The translations under genes were made by a program, and so were the position numbers. The notes under the pieces were generated by a model that saw nothing but the letters and a program-made list of their open reading frames with translations, did not search any database and had not been told where the DNA came from. From Formosa sp. Hel1_33_131 (GTDB lineage Bacteria > Bacteroidota > Bacteroidia > Flavobacteriales > Flavobacteriaceae): a stretch of DNA of 32,000 nucleotides. The stretch is from positions 1,500,001-1,532,000 of the forward strand of contig NZ_CP017260.1 in the NCBI RefSeq assembly GCF_001735745.1, given 5' to 3'. Below, piece by piece: positions 26,390 to 32,000 of the stretch. Positions within the stretch are counted from its first letter, which is position 1. Each line of letters begins with the position of its first letter.

Positions 26390-26425
26390 TGCAATCTCTA
26401 CGACTCTTTTACACTAAGCTGTCCC
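26390..26425 (+). repeat. 36-nt repeat X, copy B
   Basis: This copy matches 20730-20765 at 30/36. It is followed by a mini-hairpin, CCC-GAATAA-GGGG, at the position where copy A abuts the 244-bp element. Confidence 0.6.
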
Positions 26426-26457
26426 GAATAAGGGGTTTGTACTGGTAGTGATTGAGG

Positions 26458-26530
26458 AAGCGCTGGTTCAATAAGCAAAAGAAGCTGAAGGCGATGACTG
26501 CCTGATGTGCGGGTCTTAGTAAGGTTTAAA
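26458..26530 (+). pseudogene. Displaced remnant of the nrdA 3' end (direct repeat copy 2)
   Basis: The remnant reads GCG CTG GTT CAA TAA where nrdA reads ...CAA CAA GCA... It then matches nrdA perfectly for 46 nt up to a TAG stop. No ORF lies upstream of it. Confidence 0.85.
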
Positions 26531-26533
26531 ATC

Positions 26534-26567
26534 AAAAAAGCACCTAGTTCAAATTAGGTGCTTTTTT
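26534..26567. terminator. Bidirectional Rho-independent terminator between the nrdA remnant and the convergent PiT gene
   Basis: The structure is an A6 tract, then GCACCTA, an 8-nt loop, TAGGTGC, and a T6 tract. It lies 23 nt beyond the PiT stop codon (26590) on the minus strand and 4 nt after the nrdA-3' remnant on the plus strand. Confidence 0.85.
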
Positions 26568-26589
26568 ACGTAGTCAAATAAATTAGTGT

Positions 26590-28890
26590 TTACTCATTCT
26601 CATCACTGATTTTAGCAGGTTTTACGCTACTGTCATATTCTGTGTGGTATTCTTCTAACAAGCCTGTTGTAGCATTCAACAAGTCTTTGGTTTCTAGTAA
26701 CAAGCTAAAGTAAAGCGTCGTATTTTTCGGACTCGATTCCTCGGTACGGGTTCGTTGTACTTGGGCCTCAATATTAGATTTAAGAATCCCTGAAATCTCA
26801 TTTTTCTGCTCAATAATCGATCCTATTTTTTCGAAGGATTCGGAGTTAAAAACCACAATCGCTTCAGAGAATAATTGTTGTATGGCATCATTGATTTGAC
26901 TCAACTCTTTAATTTGATTGAACTTCAGTTTTTTGTGATTGTTATGAACGTGCTTATGACTCACTTTAGTAATATAAGTCAAGGATTGCGCCATGTCCTG
27001 AAGGTACCCTAAAATAAGAATGTAAAAATTACTGGCCCCGATACTCGATTCATCTAAGTTTTTAATAAAGTAAAAGATATTATCTCTCAATTCATCCACT
27101 TCATCCGAGAGCTTAATAATTTGCTTTTTGTTCTTTTTAAGGGAGTCTAAATTTTGTTGAGCAAGGCCGTTGAAAGCAGCTGCATAAATTTTCTTACCAC
27201 GATTTAGAACGTTTCCAATATTTTCTGCACTCTCAATAATCACCCCCTGAACAGAACTACTTTCTGTTTTTTTCAAACGGTCATCCGATGCAATCTCTTG
27301 GGTCTTTTTTCTATGAACGATGGAGCTTCTAATAAGTAAAGAAATCGCAGTTAAAAGAAGAATTGGAAACATCACTTCTAAGTTCAAGTTTAGCAAGTAG
27401 GCAACCAAAGCCGCGGCACTAAAAGCACTAAAGGCCGTAAAGAACCAACCGCCAATAACATTAAGCACTCCTGCTACACGATATACAGCACTTTCTGACC
27501 CCCAAGCTCTATCGGCTAAGGAAGTTCCCATCGCAACCATAAAGGTCACGTAGGTTGTTGAGAGTGGTAATTTGTAGGAAGTTGCAATAGATATTAAAAC
27601 AGCCGCTACCATAAGGTTTACAGCCGCTCTGACCAAATCAAAAGCAGGCAATTCATGCACCTTGTTTTGAGTTAATTTTATGACCGGTTGTTCAAATTGT
27701 TGTTCAATTTTTTCTTGCCAGGATGTCGGTAAAACATAAGCTGAGAATTTTGAAGCGCCCATTGCAAACCTCACAAAACCACGGGATAATGTATTGGGTT
27801 GAAAACGCTCTTTTGTTTCCCCTTGACTAGACAAATCTAAAGACGTCTTAACAACATCTTTTGCCTTCGTAGAAAACCATAAGGTCACCACCATCACCAT
27901 TCCAGCGCCAAACAACAACCAGTTGTTGGTAGGAACTTTAGAGGCCAATACATCCATTGGAAATTCAGAGGCTGAAACGCCAGATGCCGACCATTCTATA
28001 AATGCATTATAAGCAGCTACGGGAACACCAATAAAGTTCACAAGGTCATTACCCGCAAAGGCCAATGCCAATGCAAACGTTCCAACAATAATAATGAGCT
28101 TATAAATATTCACTTTTGCAAAAGCAATCAGTACATAAGACAATAAAGACCAGATCACTGAACTAATCAATACAATAGTTAAGACTTGCATTTCTAAGAA
28201 ATCTTTCATTGTTTCCCCACCAAGGATATCAAAAGATTGTTTGGCGTATGAAGTTCCTTTCAAACCTTTCATAAAGATAAAATAGGTAATCGCAGTCAGT
28301 GCAATTCCACTAAAAAGAGCGCCTACCCAATGTGCTTTTCTTTCGAAATTATAGGATAATAAGAGCCTAGACACCCATTGCACGAGTGCTCCAATAGAGA
28401 ATGCAACCACTACCGAAAGGAGGATTCCGAATATAATTTGAGAAGCTTTTGACGTATTTATATAATTTACGACTTCGCTAAAATCACCGCCATTTGCGCC
28501 AATTTTAATCAATGCCATTGCGACGGCTGCCCCTAATAATTCAAAGACAATAGAAACCGTTGTTGAGGTTGGCATCCCTAGGGAATTAAAGAAATCCAGA
28601 AGCAAAATATCTGTGATCATGACAGCCATGAAAATAATCATAATCTCGTTGAACATAAATTCACTCGGATTAAAAATTCCTTTTCGCGCTACTTCCATCA
28701 TTCCACTCGAGAAAATCGCACCAACAGCGACCCCAACACTGGCCACAATCATGATGGTCTTGAACGAAATTGCCTTGGAACCAATCGCTGAATTTAAAAA
28801 ATTCACAGCGTCATTACTAATTCCAACGACCAAGTCAGCAATAGCCAAAAAGGCCAAAGCGATAATCATATATAAATAAATATTTTCCAT
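26590..28890 (-). CDS. PiT (PHO4) family inorganic phosphate transporter with a long C-terminal soluble helical extension
   Basis: The 766-aa product has duplicated PHO4 signatures (GISNDAVNFLNSAIGSKA and GNDLVNFIGVPVAAY). The protein is polytopic to about residue 530. A hydrophilic tail of about 230 aa follows, which may be PhoU-like; this is unverified. Confidence 0.9.
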   Translation of the reverse strand: MENIYLYMIIALAFLAIADLVVGISNDAVNFLNSAIGSKAISFKTIMIVASVGVAVGAIFSSGMMEVARKGIFNPSEFMFNEIMIIFMAVMITDILLLDFFNSLGMPTSTTVSIVFELLGAAVAMALIKIGANGGDFSEVVNYINTSKASQIIFGILLSVVVAFSIGALVQWVSRLLLSYNFERKAHWVGALFSGIALTAITYFIFMKGLKGTSYAKQSFDILGGETMKDFLEMQVLTIVLISSVIWSLLSYVLIAFAKVNIYKLIIIVGTFALALAFAGNDLVNFIGVPVAAYNAFIEWSASGVSASEFPMDVLASKVPTNNWLLFGAGMVMVVTLWFSTKAKDVVKTSLDLSSQGETKERFQPNTLSRGFVRFAMGASKFSAYVLPTSWQEKIEQQFEQPVIKLTQNKVHELPAFDLVRAAVNLMVAAVLISIATSYKLPLSTTYVTFMVAMGTSLADRAWGSESAVYRVAGVLNVIGGWFFTAFSAFSAAALVAYLLNLNLEVMFPILLLTAISLLIRSSIVHRKKTQEIASDDRLKKTESSSVQGVIIESAENIGNVLNRGKKIYAAAFNGLAQQNLDSLKKNKKQIIKLSDEVDELRDNIFYFIKNLDESSIGASNFYILILGYLQDMAQSLTYITKVSHKHVHNNHKKLKFNQIKELSQINDAIQQLFSEAIVVFNSESFEKIGSIIEQKNEISGILKSNIEAQVQRTRTEESSPKNTTLYFSLLLETKDLLNATTGLLEEYHTEYDSSVKPAKISDENE

Positions 28891-28959
28891 AATATAGTTT
28901 CTATTATTTGGCTAATTTCTTAAGACTTTCGGTTTGTAAAGTTAAGTTAATGTTATGTT

Positions 28960-30165
28960 TTAGAAATGAATATCGAACCCGAGTCTAAAAGTGATATTAT
29001 CTTCTTGACCGTCCAAGGTTGTATAGCTTATATCACTTTGAACCTTCAGCTTATGTCCAACAAGAAATCTATTGAATCCTAATGTATATTGTTTAGAAGG
29101 AAGTGTTTCTGTAATTGATTCGTAATCTAGTGTTGTAAAACGTCCTGCAATCTCGTAGTTGTTTTTAAATAAATATCCAGCCTGTAGGTTTAAAGCATTT
29201 CCTGTCAGTACAATATCGCCCGTTGGAGTAATTCCATCTGCTTCTGTAGCTATAACATTGTCCGCCGTACGTTTGGCATATTCAGCCATAAATGAAACTC
29301 CATTGTATTTAAACATTGCATCTACAAAAACAGTTGTTTGGTTGGTTTCAAAAATAGTTTCATCAGTTCTAATCATGTAGTCCCCTGCAAAACCGCGTTC
29401 ACGAACTGCATTTTCATTAAAGTTGTAAGTAACCCCCACCATTAGTTTCGATGTCCCTTCTCTTTTTAGATCTGACTGGCTGTAATCTCCTTTAGATTTA
29501 AAGGCTCCAAAGGGTAAAAACTCCAGTCGAGCAGTGTACTGTAGCCCACCTTCATTTCCTTCAGTGACGTTACGACCTTCGCCTTGTGATATGGCAAATT
29601 TTTCGCGCATTAAAAAGTTACCACCTAAGTTAGATTTGTGACGGATTTGGATTCCTAAATCACGGTCAATATTAAATCGACTATTTAATAAAGAACGATC
29701 AATTAACTGCAAATTAGCAGAAGATACTACACGTTCCACATTACCTGGAAGTTTTGTTTGACCTGCCCATAGCTCCCAGTTTTTTGAAAACTCCCACATA
29801 ATTACAGCATCTAAAATATATCTGGGTGTGTTTCTGTTAAATTGATTTGCCCCAGAAATATCTCTATTTGATAACCCTAACTCTAGTTTGTATCTTAATT
29901 TTGGGCTGTAAGCAAAACCGTCAAATTTTAAACGTGAACGACGAACAATAAAATTATGCTCTGGACTTACAAATTGGTTTCCGTCGTGATCCCATGAGGA
30001 CATAGAACGCACTTGAAAGCGTGGTGCAAATTTCACACTAAATGTGCTGTCTTTTGCTACGAAATTGATCAGCCCTTTTCCAAAGGTAGTATCACTGATT
30101 TCTTGAGATTGAACGGTTGTAATTGCAATAAGAACGATTGCCACAGATAGAATTCTGAATTTCAT
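28960..30165 (-). CDS. Phosphate-selective porin O/P (OprO/OprP-like) family outer-membrane protein
   Basis: The 401-aa product has a signal peptide and an alternating beta-strand pattern that ends in F. Blocks such as RRSRLKFDGF, LELGL and WAGQTKLPG match my memory of this porin family in Bacteroidota. It lies directly upstream of the PiT gene on the same strand. Confidence 0.75.
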   Translation of the reverse strand: MKFRILSVAIVLIAITTVQSQEISDTTFGKGLINFVAKDSTFSVKFAPRFQVRSMSSWDHDGNQFVSPEHNFIVRRSRLKFDGFAYSPKLRYKLELGLSNRDISGANQFNRNTPRYILDAVIMWEFSKNWELWAGQTKLPGNVERVVSSANLQLIDRSLLNSRFNIDRDLGIQIRHKSNLGGNFLMREKFAISQGEGRNVTEGNEGGLQYTARLEFLPFGAFKSKGDYSQSDLKREGTSKLMVGVTYNFNENAVRERGFAGDYMIRTDETIFETNQTTVFVDAMFKYNGVSFMAEYAKRTADNVIATEADGITPTGDIVLTGNALNLQAGYLFKNNYEIAGRFTTLDYESITETLPSKQYTLGFNRFLVGHKLKVQSDISYTTLDGQEDNITFRLGFDIHF

Positions 30166-30169
30166 TAGA

Positions 30170-30311
30170 GTATTAGTTTTTGTCGATGCAAATAACTTAA
30201 ACTAATGTTATCTTAATGTTTCCTAAAGATTAAGATAGAATGAAAAAAAGCTGCCTGGCCAAGGGCAGCTTATTAGAAATCATCATTTTTGTAGTCGACA
30301 AAAACTAATAC
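30170..30311. repeat. 17-bp perfect inverted repeat pair enclosing two hairpins, directly upstream of the porin start codon
   Basis: GTATTAGTTTTTGTCGA (30170-30186) is the exact reverse complement of TCGACAAAAACTAATAC (30295-30311). The 108 nt between them hold a 9-bp hairpin (TATCTTAAT...ATTAAGATA) and a GC-rich terminator hairpin. Confidence 0.8.
30243..30271 (-). terminator. Minus-strand Rho-independent terminator located inside the porin/PiT leader (attenuator or sRNA 3' end)
   Basis: On the minus strand the sequence reads AAGCUGCCC-UUGGCC-AGGCAGCUU followed by further U residues, giving a 7-U run in total of which 2 are in the stem. On the plus strand the tail is poor (TTATTAG). No minus-strand gene ends upstream of it. 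Confidence 0.6.
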
Positions 30312-30652
30312 ATTACAATGATACTAATTGGTTGTCTAGACTCTGTAAATATTATAATTAATCATGAATCTAGTGTAAGGGAAACGTTAAGGAATCATTA
30401 AACCTATGAAATGGATAGATGAATCGGTGGATTTAAAATCAAATTTTATAGGATTGTTGGGCTTCTTTATTTTTAATAGTTTACCATCAAGCTGTTGTAA
30501 AAGAGGTTCTAAATGGTATCCTTACACTGGTGTTTTTGATTAAAGCGCGTCAATTCGTAAACCCTCATGTTAATTTAATGTAAACAAATTGTTGATTTTG
30601 TGTAAATTTTTGTATATTTATAATCTAATTTAGAACTTCAATACACTTTATT

Positions 30653-31012
30653 ATGAAAAAATATATACTTATAGGACTTGTTTTTATTGGAACATTGGCT
30701 TATGCTCAAAACACAAACCAACCAAAACTAGAAGCCAAAGGCGATGTGACATTAGCGACCTATTTTTATGAAAACGGCGCCATTCAACAAGAAGGAACCT
30801 TTGATAAAAAGGGTAAACTAGAAGGCCTTTGGACCAGTTATGATTTTAAAGGGAATAAATTATCTCAAGGTAATTATAGTAATGGAATTAAAACAGGGAA
30901 ATGGTTTTTCTGGACTGAAAATTCTTTAAAAGGGGTCGATTTTGTAAATTCAAAGATTATGAATGTCAATGAATGGAATCTTAAATCGGAACTTGCAGTA
31001 AGCATGAACTAA
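30653..31012 (+). CDS. Secreted MORN-repeat-variant protein
   Basis: The 119-aa product has a signal peptide (LVFIGTLAYAQ). It has repeats of the MORN-variant type (GKLEGLWTSYDFKGNKLSQGNYSNGIKTGKWFFW). Confidence 0.6.
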   Translation: MKKYILIGLVFIGTLAYAQNTNQPKLEAKGDVTLATYFYENGAIQQEGTFDKKGKLEGLWTSYDFKGNKLSQGNYSNGIKTGKWFFWTENSLKGVDFVNSKIMNVNEWNLKSELAVSMN

Positions 31013-31030
31013 AATCCCATTATATAAAAC

Positions 31031-31059
31031 AAAAAAAGCACCCACAGGGGTGCTTTTTT
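31031..31059. terminator. Bidirectional Rho-independent terminator (MORN gene and TonB-dependent receptor)
   Basis: The structure is an A7 tract, then GCACCC, a 4-nt loop, GGGTGC, and a T6 tract. It lies between convergent genes. Confidence 0.85.
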
Positions 31060-31085
31060 GTGTTATAATCAAGTGACTAATTCAA

Positions 31086-32000
31086 TTAAAATTTATAAGA
31101 ATACCCTATAGATACTTCTGTGCCAGGTTGGAAGCTAGAAAAAGTTTTTGAAGCAGTCTTGTAAGATTCATAAACGCTTTCTCTTTTACTGTTAAGAATA
31201 TTAGAGACCTTTACATCGATAGTTGATTTTTTGTCTTGGCCAAAACTTTTGTTAAGCGTAAAGTTGAGGCTGCTAAACGGTTTTGTATATACATCTGGAA
31301 CAATTCCAGTTCCTACCACTTCCAATGTTTTGCCTTGGACATTAAAAAACAACCCAGTTTGAAGTCCTGTATCCGAGTTGGTATAGTTTAGCCCTGTATT
31401 AATAAGGAATGGGGATTGGCCTTGTAAATCTCTTGTGTCTTCAATAGACTCTCCATCTCTTGCCGCTAATACACGTCTGTTATATTCGTCTATGTTCATT
31501 GTTAATTCTGAATTAATATAGGATGCGTTGATGTTAAACTTAAGTTTATCTAAGCTTTCCAAAATAAATCCTAATGATTTTCTAAATTCAAACTCAATTC
31601 CATAAACCTTTGCAGAACCCAAGTTTTTAGGGGTTATTTGATCCGGAGCTGACTCGTAAAAAGTTAATTCTATCGGATCTGTGAAGTCTTTGTAAAAGGC
31701 ACTAAAAGCAAACATTTCACTGCCCTCTCCAAATTTTTCAAAACGGACATCAAAATTATTAATATAGGATGGCGTCAAATCAATATTTCCAATAAAAAGA
31801 CGGTTTGTAATGGCATCAAAAATTTGACTTTTTGAAGCTTCCTTAAATGAAGGACGTGCTGTTGTTCTTGAATAAGACCCCCTTAAGTTTTGTTCATCTG
31901 TAAGGCTGTAAATAATATTAGCAGACGGGAATACATCAAACGTATCTATTATTTTAGAATTTTTGTACACGTCTGTAGCTGCCTGGTTTTGCCCTGTATA
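31086..32000 (-). CDS. TonB-dependent receptor, C-terminal beta-barrel part (5' part outside the window)
   Basis: The frame stays open past the track's GTG at 31970 to the window edge. The sequence shows a typical barrel strand pattern and C-terminus (VSIGYSYKF). Confidence 0.85.
   Translation of the reverse strand, partial: YTGQNQAATDVYKNSKIIDTFDVFPSANIIYSLTDEQNLRGSYSRTTARPSFKEASKSQIFDAITNRLFIGNIDLTPSYINNFDVRFEKFGEGSEMFAFSAFYKDFTDPIELTFYESAPDQITPKNLGSAKVYGIEFEFRKSLGFILESLDKLKFNINASYINSELTMNIDEYNRRVLAARDGESIEDTRDLQGQSPFLINTGLNYTNSDTGLQTGLFFNVQGKTLEVVGTGIVPDVYTKPFSSLNFTLNKSFGQDKKSTIDVKVSNILNSKRESVYESYKTASKTFSSFQPGTEVSIGYSYKF

Noticed and set aside
20654-26457. A tRNA, tmRNA or integrase gene at the island borders
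   Set aside because: I looked for cloverleaf-like sequences and for tyrosine or serine recombinase motifs in all six frames and found none. The att-like repeat is the nrdA 3' end itself.
22671-29380. Antisense and off-frame ORFs at 22671-22925, 22922-23104, 25378-25647, 28613-28879, 29159-29380, 13156-13377 and 14239-14475
   Set aside because: Each lies wholly inside a better-supported gene on the other strand or in another frame, and none has a recognisable motif.
30406-30543. A 45-aa plus-strand ORF (MKWIDESVDLKSNFIGLLGFFIFNSLPSSCCKRGSKWYPYTGVFD) in the porin/MORN divergent spacer
   Set aside because: It has one hydrophobic stretch but no recognisable start context or homology, and it could arise by chance in a 340-bp AT-rich region. 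It is worth a conservation check but is not supportable as a gene.

Overview
This is a low-GC chromosomal segment with the gene content of a Bacteroidota genome, probably Flavobacteriia. All functional calls rest on motif recognition by eye; no searches were run.

Gene order, left to right:
- A 3' gene fragment.
- An intact-looking IS3-family insertion sequence (430-1803). It sits in the last codons of an ECF sigma factor gene.
- A divergent FecR anti-sigma gene, then an STN-SusC and SusD locus with no enzymes.
- A GlpT/UhpC-type organophosphate antiporter.
- A housekeeping block: DsbD-like protein, HupE/UreJ, dCMP deaminase, S41 protease, MarC and DUF3109.
- Class Ia ribonucleotide reductase genes nrdB and nrdA.
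- An accessory segment of about 5.8 kb (20654-26457).
- A convergent operon (minus strand) of a phosphate-selective porin and a long PiT transporter, preceded by a highly structured leader.
- A MORN-repeat protein and a partial TonB-dependent receptor.

The accessory segment is the most interesting part.
- It is bounded by two copies of the last ~62 coding nt of nrdA, at 20592-20665 and 26458-30. The second copy carries an in-frame stop and sits next to what looks like the ancestral bidirectional terminator.
- This is the architecture of an element that integrates into the 3' end of a gene, yet no recombinase is present.
- Its cargo includes an N-terminally truncated (orphan) Rhs/YD-repeat fragment with a C-terminal polymorphic toxin domain, and a lipoprotein immunity candidate.
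- That module is bracketed by two 100% identical 244-bp hairpin-ended repeats. Each encodes a 46-aa relic of a Y1 (IS200/RAYT-like) transposase.
- The segment also carries a Kelch-repeat, single-TM protein with a winged-helix-like tail.

No rRNA, tRNA or CRISPR array was seen.
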